A stretch of 63,852 bases of DNA, filler included, from Basidiobolus ranarum (taxonomy: Eukaryota), in the NCBI GenBank assembly GCA_040143965.1. It is 25 parts of 25 records of this genome, joined end to end, with 100 filler letters (N's around TTAATTAATTAA, not from the genome) between each part and the next. Parts side by side here need not be neighbours in the genome. Positions count along the whole stretch, not along the records: positions 51,209 to 53,660 come from JASJQH010010202.1; positions 53,761 to 56,210 come from JASJQH010010203.1; positions 56,311 to 58,759 come from JASJQH010010204.1; positions 58,860 to 61,306 come from JASJQH010010205.1; positions 61,407 to 63,852 come from JASJQH010010206.1; 20 more parts are not named here. One strand, 5' to 3'. A program made the translations under genes and the position numbers. This document shows positions 51,990-63,852 of the stretch, in pieces. The notes under the pieces were generated by a model. It did no database searches. It worked only from the letters and a program-made list of their open reading frames with translations, and was not told the origin of the DNA. The stretch's first letter is position 1. Every line of letters starts with the position of its first letter.

Positions 51990-53000
51990 TGGAAGAGTCT
52001 GACAAAGATCAGTAAGAAGAAGCAGAGGCCTCTTTCCAACAAACTGCTGAATATCTTTGCAATGTGAATGGGAACTGAGCTAGACTATTATAGTGCAATG
52101 GAGTTATATATGGAACTATGGCCAGAATCATGATTGATGCAGGTGCATCAAATGAGTAAATATCATCCCAGTTTTCCAACAGAGCAGGAATATACTCAGA
52201 GCCTGCTTGAACAATCAGTGTTTCTACTGCAGATGGAATAGTCCACTCTATATGTCAAATTATAAGTCCCTTTCTGATCACTATAGGACAATAACAGGAT
52301 GACATAAAAGCTTACTTGTTAGGGAGCTGTAAGTGTGACTTAGTGCTTGGAAAGACTTTGCTATTTCAGCAGAATCCAAATATGACTGGAGACGCCACAA
52401 GATTACTATGTCAAAAGAAGGCAAGACTTTGCCATTTATGCCTGCACAATGAAGTATAACCTTCTCAAGACCAGACAGAAGGGTGATATGTCTGCCAGTA
52501 AGAGTCAGTTCAGCCAAGCTGTCAGGAAGAATCAAGAGATGTTTCCAATTGCTATATTGCAGGACAAGGGGTTAAAGAATATCCCAGCTGTAATGACAGA
52601 GGCATTGAATCAATACCAGGATGTATTTTTAGAGAAATTAACAAAGCTTCCAACTGCCAGAAACATAGACCATGCAATTGCTACAGGAGAGATTGAATCT
52701 GTGAGCAAAGCACCCTACTGCTTGAGTCCCTTAGAGTTACAAGAAGTTAAGAAGCAGATTGGCCAACTGTTAGTGCAAGGTTATATAAGACCAAGGAAGT
52801 TGCCATGGGGAGCACCAGTCTTGTTTGTCAAGAACAGAGACGGAATTCTAAGAATGAGCATTGACCATCCAGCACTTAACTCAGTTGCTGTAAAGAACAA
52901 ATATTGTATCCCCAGGATAGATGAGCTACTGTATCAACTTAATGGAGCCAAAGTATCTAGCAAAGTTGATCTTATGTCAGGCTACAATCAGATCTGAGTG
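51990..53000 (+). mobile_element. Degenerate Ty3/Gypsy protease and RT N-terminus
   Basis: IMIDAGAS protease motif; [26 protein letters not shown] and [13 protein letters not shown] motifs. Confidence 0.9.
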
Positions 53001-53170
53001 TGTCACAATAAGGAACTGGAGAACAAGTGGAAACAACAACAAGAGGCTAGAAGGCAGGAGAGTACTTGGGTGTAGACTGCAAGACAAGACTGGACAGGGA
53101 AGATGCTTTGGCAAGAATCTTTATTGATAACTGGCATTGCTCAGACTGAGGTCAGATCAAGGAATATATG
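53001..53170 (+). mobile_element. LTR family D 5' fragment
   Basis: Begins TGTCACAATAAGGAACTGGA. Matches the reverse complement of the window end. Confidence 0.65.
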
Positions 53171-53182
53171 GGGCTTATATAG

Positions 53183-53660
53183 CCCTAACAAAAATAAAAT
53201 AGATTTGATCCGGATCGGATCCACCCTCCAAAATAACAAAACCGTCAGAGAACCATAACAATAGTGCTGGCTTGCATTCTGCCGGGGATTTTGATGTTCT
53301 GATGGTGGTTTCTTGATGGTATCTTCAAGGTATTCATACATGTTAAATTATTGATCCTCAAATTTGGCATGCATTATTCATTATCCAGCAAATTTTGCAA
53401 AAACATAATTTTTGTATGGCAAATTATTGAGTTTACTGCTGTAGGAATTCAAATTAATATGCATGCCTTTATTTAGATATTTTAGGCTTTGCATTCTAGC
53501 CTTAATGAGAATCAAAAATACAAGAATCTCATTGTGTTTAGTCTCTACGTATGCACATATTTGACTGATTAGACATAACTCAACAACATCAATATGCTTT
53601 ACCAGCAAACTAATGGTGGAAAAGTTGCTAAACATCTGAAATTTTGAATAGCACTGACAC
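53183..53660 (-). mobile_element. CACTA right end
   Basis: CCCTAACAAAAATAAAA terminus. Colinear with 10851-11330. Confidence 0.8.
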
Positions 53661-53760
53661 NNNNNNNNNNNNNNNNNNNNNNNNNNNNNNNNNNNNNNNN
53701 NNNNTTAATTAATTAANNNNNNNNNNNNNNNNNNNNNNNNNNNNNNNNNNNNNNNNNNNN

Positions 53761-54622
53761 TCTCAAACACTTGGTGGAATGGCTCTGGGGAAGTGTTGTC
53801 CAAGCGGTTGTCGTACTGGGTAACGGGAAGAACTTTTTTATCATTGCCGAAAGCTCCCCACTCCATGTTAACCACCATCTCAGCACCTTCCTTTGTTCCC
53901 TTCCATTTAGGAATATCATCGATACGTTCAAGGTATGCAGTGTTAGTACCAGTACCAAAAATCACACCACAAGTAGTAGAAGGCTCAGCATAACCTGCAG
54001 CCAGAAGTGTTCCCACTGTATCGTTAACTAATGCAGCAACTTTGATGTTGCTTAAATGTATACGGTTCAAAGCATCTTGAAGAAGTTGAGCCACATCAAA
54101 GCCAATCACATTTGTGGCGGTAAAACTCTTAGTCCAGTGCAACAATTTGCCACGATTAATAGCGGTTTGATTGATGGGGAAAGAAAAGGTGAAACCAAGA
54201 GGAACAATGGCTGCTTGACGAAGAGACTCTGCTTCAGGGCGTTGGGTGATGAAATCATCAACACATTCGGCAAGGAAATCGAAGAGTAGTTTCCCATCGC
54301 CAGTTTTATGTTCGTGAGAGAGTGCGTATTTATGTTGGGCTATGGTAAATTCTCCGTTGCCTTTCAGGTCTACCTGACACACACGAAAATTAGTTCCTCC
54401 AAGGTCTAAGGCCAAATAGGAGCCAGTTTCTTGACCAGTAGGACGTCCTGTTACATAAGTTGGGATCATGGCTAAGTTACGGCCATCAGCTTCTAAACCT
54501 TCTTTCATAGCTTGAATGAAGCTATCAACGATCTCGCGGAGTTTATTCTCTGGAAGATTGAATTGTGACTCGAGCTCACGTAAGGCAGTAGTTTGCTTTT
54601 CGTTCATCATTGATGTAGACAT
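53761..54622 (-). CDS. HXK: Hexokinase/glucokinase (3' truncated)
   Basis: MIPTYV, LALDLGGTNFRV, LGFTFSFP, LVNDTVGTL, IFGTGTN and NMEWGAF motifs. Likely ATG at 54622. Confidence 0.96.
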
Positions 54623-55895
54623 TACAGCACAAGTGAATGTAATTTGGATTGCCAGTATAAGTTTGGTATTGAGATTCAAGCAGGCTTTATATGAGTCTTT
54701 AAACCTGAGTAGAAGCAAGTAATTATTTTACTTCGCACATTGTAACATATGAGCTCGAATCCTATCTGATTTGTCCAGAGTTCAACAGTATTCTCGAAAT
54801 GTTAACTTGCCTTATTGACCAAATCATTAAATATGTATAATTCGGTATATAATTGCGACTAATAAGTAAACAAGGTAAATTAATTTGATTATTATCCAAC
54901 CCGTGTGAAAGTGAAACCATAGTAACCCAAGGACGTGGCATTTAAGCTGGTTCAATAGACTTCTTAGTAGATCATCCTTGATTAGCCTGATAACAACAAC
55001 GATATTTGTGTGCACGCGAGTTGATCCTGATTCATGCACCCCACATCCCTACTTTCCCCTTTTGAACATATCTGAAACAAGCTCGCGACCGCCACTGGCT
55101 TTAGTAAAGCAACTAGGCACCAATAATGAGTCCAATATAGAAATGAAAGTATTACATGACTCCAGGTACTATTCTTTGTTCTAAAATGCGGCTGCAAAGA
55201 CTCGGTTCAGTTGCAATTTGATTGTACCACCTCGTACAATGAATCGTTGTGCTACCTTCCATGTGCCCACACTGATCGCTGTCGATTTGAAGCAATTATC
55301 GACCAGTTAAGCAGCAAAATAGAACGGCAGATCATATGATTATGGTCCGGAATCTTCGTAGTCCATAGTGAGCGTAGTCAAAGATGATAGAGATAAAGAC
55401 TGGAATAATTGGAACATCGATATCACCACTTCAGAGGATTATGGTTAACAAGATATGCAAGCCACAGATAACCTTTGGAGTTTGCTCCTTTTAGGATAGG
55501 ACTACCTACGAATAATCCCCTTTCGTCAGAACTCGGAAATATTAAATAAAAATTCCTGCCCTCAAACCTTACGCCTGATGTACAGAATATAGTTCAACAT
55601 AAATTAAGATTAAACCAATAAGATCTCACTGATTGCTATTCGTAGCTAATAAACTTTAGAAGTAATTTGCCTAAATAACTCGATATCAATGAAACACAAT
55701 CTGCATGTACTGTTCGAAAGATAAACGATAAACGATCAAAAAAGGTCAATCGAGCTGGGATTCAACATTCATATTTGGGGGCCCAGAGGTGGAGAAAAGA
55801 TTTGTGCAATCGACCAGGTCTTGCTTTCGGGATGAGGTGTATAAAAGAATCGCAATAAAGTTAATATTTTGAAAACGCAATCTATTATTGAAAAA

Positions 55896-56210
55896 ATGGC
55901 TCTAAAGAAAGGTGATATAAACTCCGATGTCACAACATGCGATTCAAAGGACATCAAATTCACTCCTTACATCTGGCTTTGTGGTGTGACCGCTGCTCTA
56001 GCTGCATTCGCTGCTGGTTTCAACAGTGCTGCTCCCAATGCTCCAGAGTCTGTGATCAGAGGATGTGATATGAGTCAGTACAACGACAGCGGCCTACCTG
56101 CTTGTCTCCCTATGTCATCTGGTACTTGGGGTCTGGCTGTCGGTATCCTCGCCATCGGTGGTTTGGTTGGTGGCCTCAGTGCTGGACCCGCTGCCAACAA
56201 AATCGGTCGC
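55896..56210 (+). CDS. MFS sugar porter (GLUT-like), N-terminal fragment
   Basis: TM1 AALAAFAAGFNSAAPNAPESVI, a Cys-containing loop, and TM2 WGLAVGILAIGGLVGGLSAGPAANKIGR. TATAAAA at about 55840. Confidence 0.88.
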
Positions 56211-56310
56211 NNNNNNNNNNNNNNNNNNNNNNNNNNNNNNNNNNNNNNNNNNNNTTAATTAATTAANNNNNNNNNNNNNNNNNNNNNNNNNNNNNNNNNN
56301 NNNNNNNNNN

Positions 56311-58673
56311 TTTTGTGATATTAGGCTTTTGATTGAAGGCCAATTTTGATTTGGATTTTGAATACTTTTTGAATGGGATTGCATTTTCATATGGTTAACC
56401 TGGGGTAATGAAATTGCTTAGAAACAGCTTAAAATAAAACAAAATTGCCATCCATTACTGGATATCTTATAAATCCCCTGATAACCTATCTGTGACACTG
56501 TCTCGGAATCAGCTCATGATATTGATTGCTACATCTAAAATACCACCCTTACTTAAGTTGTGTTCTTTTGTTCTACAATATCCTTCTGATGCCCCAACAC
56601 AAACGTCTAAAGAAGCCCTGCAATTATTGTCATAAATTCTTGTGCTATGAAAGCTGGAGGCTTCATAGAAAAAAAATCACAAGCATGGTCACTGTATAAA
56701 GCCAGCAGCTGCACAAAGCCATGTGAATATCAATAGTAATAAGTGCACAAAATTGACTTTAGTTTTGCGCACTAAGTTCATTGGCTGTGCTTTGCCTCAA
56801 ATTCTTGGTAACACTGCTAAAAGTGAAGATATTATGGGGTTACCACAGTTATGTGACCAGAATGATGTAAGTAGAAATGCAACCTAGGTCAAAGCCACAT
56901 GTTCAGACAGCTTTGAGGACATGCTACTAGATGTTGACCTTGGTTATTCTAGTAGTGATGGTAGTATATTCAAAGTTGAAGAAGAAGACAATGTTTTTGT
57001 TATGGACTCTTTGTTGTCAGCAAGCATTAGTCCACTCATAAACCATACAGTAAAGGAAGAAGATTTGATTATTGAGGAGTGGAGAGTTCAGTCCATTCTT
57101 AGCAACCAGGTATTTATTGGTGTTCTTACACTTTTACCACAGTGGTTAGAAACTGTTGCTTGCCACAGACCTGGTACAAGGTGAAAACACTTGTCAATTG
57201 CATGACCTATAGTCCTTCAGTAATTAAACTACGTTCATGTCTAAATGGTTGTTTGGCTTTTACTCGTGATATGAAAAACCAGAAGTCATGTGCTGTTTGC
57301 ACATAGCTGGCAATCACTGAATCAGGTAAACATTCTTCATATTTGGCTTACATACTATTGGATCCCTGTCTTGAAGTTTTGATGAAATCACCCAAATGTA
57401 GATCATTGATTCAATACCAAAGTACACAAAGTAAAGCTGATGATATTAGCAATATACTTGATGGATATCACTACCAGAATCTGAAAAGTAAAGCTTTCTT
57501 TGAGAACATGTATGAGCATGAATTTACATTGGCTCTTGATGGTTTCACACTAAACAGATATATCTTTGGAAAGCCTTGCTGGCCAATCATTTTGATTAAC
57601 TTAAATCATCCTCCTTCTGAACAGTATAAGAGTCAAAAAATTTTGATACTATCATTCATATCCGTTCCTAAATCACCAGTGCTTATAGATAGCTTCTTGG
57701 AGCCTTTGATTGTGGAATTTGAGTGGTTATCTAATGGGGATCATATTGGTGAATATTTTATTAGAGCTAATATCATTGTATGTATTGGTGACACTCTGGC
57801 CATCAGTATACTTGGAGGTTTTCATGGACCAATGCACTATCTTGCTGTAGATTTTGTCAAATCAATGGAGTCTACTCTATCCAGCATATGCATTATAACT
57901 ATCCAAACACAACACTAAACTCCATGATTCTACCATCATGAGCCCAGTCAGAAATCAACATGCTCACTGATATCAACTCACTAAATAGTCAGTCTAACAT
58001 CAAACTTGGTATTAGCCATAAGCCTAAGATTATATTGCCAAAGGGGATCAGCTGGAGCCAGAGCTTCCCATCAGGCACTATGCACTTACTATTCAACAAC
58101 ACTCCAATGCTACTTACTCAGCTATATTGTGGAAAATTCAATATGAATGGGCCATTTGAGATAGGATCAAAGTTTGAATTGATTGGGGGAATGCTTGAAA
58201 ACATCAGGATATCATCATATTTTACCAGGACTTCCATCAACATCCACTCATCTAGGAATTTATTCAAATGCAAAGACTGAAGTATTGGATTTGTTTATAT
58301 ATAGGTGGATTCTTGAAAAGATTTCTGCCTGAAAAGCATTGGCAACATTGGGAGTTGTTTGTGGATATTTTTAATATATTCATATGGCATCAATTCATAT
58401 TGGCAGATCTCAGGCAGATATAGTGACTGATCAAGGATTTTGTAATTGCATATGAGAGACTTTATTACAGGCTTAAAGAAGATAGCCTGAATCTATGCCA
58501 ATATTTAAAACATTCCCTGCTGCATTTTTCACAATGCTTAAAGAGCATAAGCCCTTGCTATACATTATGGGAGTTCCCAATGGAGCACACCTGAGGTGAA
58601 ATGATGCTCCATGTGAAATAGTCAGTATTACTATATGCTAATCTGATTAACAATGTATCAGCAAAATCATTGA
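56311..58673 (+). mobile_element. Degenerate CACTA/EnSpm transposase (ATG about 56589)
   Basis: LALDGF, CWPIILINLNHPPSEQYK, IDSFLEPLIVEF, GDTLAIS, MHLLFNN and WEFPMEH motifs. Confidence 0.88.
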
Positions 58674-58759
58674 CCCTGACAGAAATTTAAGGATAGTTAT
58701 TGTAGGAAAACTGACACAATTTTGATACATTTAGGATTGACCATTTACTTACTGTCCTA
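58674..58759 (+). mobile_element. CACTA left end inserted into its own family's transposase
   Basis: CCCTGACAGAAATTTAAGGATAG interrupts sequence that continues uninterrupted in contig 5 (about 11745). Confidence 0.75.
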
Positions 58760-58859
58760 NNNNNNNNNNNNNNNNNNNNNNNNNNNNNNNNNNNNNNNNN
58801 NNNTTAATTAATTAANNNNNNNNNNNNNNNNNNNNNNNNNNNNNNNNNNNNNNNNNNNN

Positions 58860-58967
58860 TATTCCTATTTAGAATATAGGGGCTATAGATATGTTGCTTT
58901 CTGTTTCTGATATATGTATCATAACTAAAGTTAACTATGATGTTGAATAAAGATTAATTATCCAACA
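58860..58967 (-). mobile_element. Copia family C LTR fragment
   Basis: Near-identical to 35350-35459 and 62865-62973. Confidence 0.85.
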
Positions 58968-60719
58968 TAAAGTATGGGTGAAAATTTCAACTGATTTGGA
59001 GAAGTTGTGGGAAAATAGTGAAATTGGGAAAAGTGGTTCAATTGATATCTCTATCAATTAGAGCAATAAACATATGCTTTTGAATGGCAGAATTGTGTGC
59101 TAAGTAATCAGAATAGGAATAAACTAACTACTAATCAATGAGTTACTCTTTACCTAATTTCAACTTTCTTTAGATGGCTTGTGACCACAGTGAGGTCATC
59201 AACAGGCAGGACAGCCATCAGGATATAGTCTTGTGCAACTAAAGTGTAGATGCATTAATCATATTTGCTGCATGTGAAATTTGGTCCTAATTACTGTGGG
59301 TCAATCTCCTTATTCCAGCTTTTTGGTGGTTGCTTCAAACCTTATAGTGATTTCTTCAATTGGCAGACTAGTTCAGGTTACTTTTCATATCCAAGAGACT
59401 GGATCATGTAAACCCCATCTTCCAAATAATCACTCACAAATGCTATCTCTACATCCATCTGATACATCACTCAACCTTCTTGAGCTGCTATTCTTAGTAA
59501 ACACTTAATTGCAGCAAATTTAGCCATAGAAGCATAGATCTCATCCAAATCAACAATCTCAACTTCTGAAAGTCCTTTTAAAACAAGCCTTACTTTGTGT
59601 TAGTTGTGTGCCCTATTGCCATTTATCTTAATCCTGTCAATGAATCTGCATTTGTATCCAAGATTAAAAGAATTGAAAAATTATTTTGCATAAGTTTGTT
59701 TTCAAACTCAAATAAGATCTTAATTTGGAACTTGAATTAAATCTTAATTTGTTTCCTTCTTAGAAACGTTTTAAAACTAAACCAAAACCAAATCTGTATC
59801 CAAGATTAAAAACTTTTTAAAAATTATTTCACAAAAGTTTGATTATTGAAAACTAGAGGAAATGGCTCAACCTGCTAAGTTTGGTTATTCACTTGAGCTC
59901 AAAATTTAGAGGGGGATGGATATAGTGAGATAGTATTGCTACCCACTGGCAGGTTGACTTATTTCCATTGCTAGCTCATATAATTAATATTCCATAATTT
60001 CTATTTTATTATCCATATTGGACTTAACCATATTTTCTACCCAATCCTATCACACTATCAGTACTATCCCCTATTATTTGAGATTTATCAGTATTAACCC
60101 ATATTAGCTCTATTATTTTCTGGAAAATTCTACAATCTTCCACAACATTCCACAAGATTCTTGGAATATTTGATGATTAAATGAATTTTAACCAATCAAA
60201 ACTTGATTTTGCCAAAATATTCCATGACTGCTAGCTGAGTATACAGTTGTTTTTGATTGGATACACTCTTTTTATCTGATCATTCACAAAGGATATTGAA
60301 GCCAGTATATTCTTTTGTCAGGTGCCAGCATATTATTCAACAGAAAACTTGACATTGCATTGTGGTTTATCAGTCCTTAGACATTCCTGGAAGCTTGATT
60401 CCCTTTTCACAAAGACCTGAGAGGCAAGAGACAGACCTATATTACAGTACATCCCAGAGTTATTCAATTGTGATTATTGCATCCATTGGACACCTCACAA
60501 AACTCTTAAGATATTACAGTTATAGTTGCTGCTTACACCCTAAAGCAACTACAACAATGTGACAGCATTCTTAGGAAAGCTACAATAGTGACTTTGTGGT
60601 GAGACAGAAGAGGATATGTGATACCTTTGTTTCAGTAATGGCATAACATATTCAAGTAGTGACACTTCCACTTGTGGTAAAACATTCATTGATTGTTAGT
60701 CATGGATATGCAGGCTGAA

Positions 60720-61020
60720 TACAAAAATTTGCACAAATTCAGGAGTGTATTCTTATTGTCAGCGGTAGCAAAAGTCATCTCTTTGCAAAGTGTCAGTGGT
60801 ATTTTAAATTTCAGGTGTTCAGTAATTTGCCACCATTGGTCTGAAACCAAAGTATATTGATATTTTAGAAATGTATCTGATTAGTCAAGTATGTGCACAT
60901 GTAGAGAACAACACAACAAGATGCTAGTATTTTCTGATTCACATTATGGCAGGATTATGTGGTCAAAAATGCATAAAGATAGGCATGCAAGCTTAATTGA
61001 ATTTATAAAGCAGTAAACTG
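60720..61020 (+). mobile_element. Old CACTA 3' remnant
   Basis: Resembles the reverse complement of 11100-11400. Confidence 0.55.
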
Positions 61021-61406
61021 ATCAAACGCAGCAAGAACATAGGGTTAGGGTTCTCGTTGATGATGAAGAAAAAGCGAGTAACCCGAATCAATCCGAGATA
61101 ATCAATCCAGGATAAATCCAAGTGTTATACTAAATATGCATCGGAATCTTTCGCTTCCATAGGAGAGGTAATCAGCATTAAATGCGAAGCAAACGCTAGA
61201 TTTAGTAAATGAAATATAGAGAGTGAATGGCTGCCTGATTGGGTGTGAGTAGGAGTGGAAAGTTGGGGGTCGGCGGATGATAAGGGAATGGGATAGTCAA
61301 GTTGTTNNNNNNNNNNNNNNNNNNNNNNNNNNNNNNNNNNNNNNNNNNNNTTAATTAATTAANNNNNNNNNNNNNNNNNNNNNNNNNNNNNNNNNNNNNN
61401 NNNNNN

Positions 61407-62973
61407 CTCAGTTATTGGTGCAATATCCAGGTGATATAGATTCCCAATTCTTGTTCCAGTTGCTACTATCAAGTCCTTTGATTTGTATATGGTTGCTTTT
61501 CCTTGGCTGAATTTGACATCAAAATGTTTCTTTTCAATTGCTCCAATTGAAAACAGATTTGTTGTAAATGATGGAATATGTAAGACATCTTCCAAGGTTA
61601 CTGTTACACTTTTGGTTTTACTTATTTGTCAGTTAAGTGTGACTTTTCCCATTCCATATGCAACCAGTTTGTTTCTTCCAGCTACCGTGATGTCCAGAGG
61701 TTTGATTTCCTTATAGTCATGCATTATGCTTCTATTGTGACACATATGATCATTTGCACCAGAATCTAGAATCCATACATTAGCAGAGTCATTTCCTGAT
61801 TTAGAGGTTGCCATAGGTACATAGTGTTCTTTTCCTCTTTTATTGGTGTTACATGCTTTCTTTTTCTTTGAAACCCATTTCTTCTTTGATCTGCAGTAAC
61901 ATGCTATATGTTCCAGTTTTCCATCTTTGTAACATTTCACAGTGCTCCTTTCTGGTTGGCTATTTTGAGAATACAATGCTTGTGTAGTTTTTGTTTCATC
62001 TGCAAGCTGACTGTTGTCTTTCCCTTTAAATTCTTCTTGACATAGACAACAGATCAGATAATGCTGAGTAAGCTTATCCCCAATTGCTTCCAAAGTGTGT
62101 ACAAGGGCTGAATATGATTCAGGGAGATCATTGATTATGGTAAGAATTATATCCATTTCAGATGCTTCAAAATTCACCAATTCCAGTTGTTGGGCAAGTT
62201 TCTTGACACCATTTACATATGTCATAATATCTGAATCCTCAGACATACAAGAGTTTAAGAATTTTCTTTGTAGCATCATCAAGTGAGCAAGCCCTTTTTG
62301 CTCATGATGTTCCACTAGGATTTCCCATGCATTCTTGGCAGAGTCAGCATCTCTGACTAGCATAAGTTGTTGTGATCCCAGTCTTAGACATATTTCCCTA
62401 AATGCCAATCTGTCTTTTTCTTTGAAGGCTGCCCTGGCTTCTTTACATGTTGGCTTCTTTGTTTCAGTGTCAGAATCTGTACTTTCTTCTTCAGAAGTTT
62501 CTTCTTCTTCATCTGGTTGAACTACTTCCCAGACATGTTTCCCTTCAAGCACAAGTTGCATCTTGAATTTCCATTCATGGAAATCTTCCCCATTGAATGT
62601 TGGAATATTAGTAATCTCCTTTTGGGAAGAAGACTCTAATTCACTTGCTGCTACCATGTTGGAGGATCTTGACATAAGGGGGGTAGACTTTATGTATTAT
62701 AAGCAACTTATGATAGTGTGTTTTAGTCAGTTTATTCTCAAGAGTATATGGTGACTTATATAGTAGAAAAGTAAATCAATTGTTTGAACTATTCAGGAGT
62801 TTATATATTAAGACATAATAGATAAGTGGGGGTAATAAGGCATACTTGTCATATAGGTATAAAGATATTCCTATTTAGAATATAGGGGCTATAGATATGT
62901 TGCTTTCTGTTTCTGATATATGTATCATTGCTAAAGTTAACTATGATGTTGAATAAAGATTAATTATCTGACA
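61407..62973 (-). mobile_element. Copia family C 5' LTR (62657-62973), tRNA-iMet PBS and gag-protease
   Basis: LTR TGTCAG...TCCAACA followed by TGGTAGCAGC. FNGEDFHEWKFKM, UBN2-like gag, a decayed CCHC knuckle and WILDSGANDHM. One in-frame TGA at 61629-61631. Confidence 0.93.
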
Positions 62974-63331
62974 AGTCTCTACATATGCACATACTTGAAT
63001 GATCAGACATAGCTCAACAACATCAACATGCTTTACCAGCAAACTAACAGTAGAAAAATTGCTAAACATCTGAAATTTGGAATAGCACTGACACTTGGCA
63101 AATAGCTGACTCTTATTACCATTTACAATGAGAATAAGCTCTTGGATTTTGGTAAATTTCCATAAAGAATTCAGCCAATATATCTCAACTTGCAGCTAAC
63201 AAATGTCCTGCCACAAGTAGATGTATCATCCCTTGAATAGATTATCTCATGGCTAAAACAATAATACTGTGTATCTTGATCTATCTCACCAAGAAGTCTG
63301 TCTTGCAGCTTTCCTAGAAATACTGTCAGAT
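62974..63331 (-). mobile_element. CACTA 3' region, host of the Copia C and LTR D insertions
   Basis: Colinear with 11210-11570. Confidence 0.75.
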
Positions 63332-63852
63332 TGTCATGATTCTGATCTTGGCATACTGATCCACTGCTAATAGAACTCTTCTATTATTAGATTATGACAT
63401 CATATCTGCTGTGCCATCCCTTCTTGGCAATCTGGTGCCAGTTCATCCAGATTACCTTATATGAAAGTCATGTTCTTTGGAACATTCCATGAAACCTAAC
63501 CATCATGTCATTCCACACATAGTGTATTTACCCCAGGACCTTCCATGGAAGGTCACCTGATTATCCTTACATCATCCCTCTTTGTATTTGGTCCTCAAAG
63601 TCCTCAACACCCCAACTCTTGAACTTGCCACAGTATATTCCCTATTAAGTATATTATGTTTCACCTTGCAATATCTATATAAGCCCGATGTATTCCTTGA
63701 TCAGACCTCAGTCTGATCAACACCAGTCATCATTAAAGATTCTAGCCAAAGTATATTCCTTGTCCAGTCTTGTCTTGTGGTCTACACCCAAGTACTCTCC
63801 TGCCTTCTAGCCTCTTGTCATTGTTTCCAGTCCTTGTCCAGTTCCTTATTGT
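63332..63852 (-). mobile_element. LTR family D (about 525 bp, nearly complete)
   Basis: Inverted termini TGTCA...TGACA. Homologous to 21860-22334 and 53001-53170. Confidence 0.7.

Noticed and set aside
46103..56210. Apparent cluster of NRPS with LAM, hexokinase and transporter genes
   Set aside because: The genes lie on different contigs separated by linkers. Only the hexokinase and transporter are physically linked.
61040..61053. TTAGGG-like motifs (also about 3530, 14185, 48280)
   Set aside because: Only one or two units, internal, and among many other hexamer microsatellites; not telomeres.

Overview
This window is not one locus. It is 25 unrelated short contigs, sorted by decreasing length from 2468 to 2446 bp and joined by 24 identical 100-bp artificial linkers (44N-TTAATTAATTAA-44N), so neighbourhood across a linker is meaningless. 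The DNA is AT-rich and eukaryotic, with short GT-AG introns and fungal-type genes. It fits an early-diverging fungus; Basidiobolus-like is a guess from the intronless bacterial-type NRPS and is unverified. About half the sequence is nested, degenerate transposons: at least four Ty1/Copia LTR families, Ty3/Gypsy remnants and a CCC-terminated CACTA/EnSpm-type DNA transposon that can be reconstructed across contigs. These repeats are almost devoid of CpG, whereas the genes are not. Host gene pieces are thioredoxin reductase, Zn-alcohol dehydrogenase plus an internally deleted tandem paralog, a CAP/SCP protein, lipin, a VASt/LAM sterol-transfer protein, a hexokinase head-to-head with a sugar transporter, and an NRPS A-T-C fragment. 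The most interesting items are: (i) the NRPS A domain carries the apparent scar of a deleted N-methyltransferase; (ii) a secreted, apparently tandemly arrayed Kex2-type precursor of Tyr-rich hexapeptides; (iii) a protein built of 31-aa repeats containing PRSRF-GR; (iv) a secreted protein with a C-x18-C repeat; (v) repeat-restricted CpG erasure.
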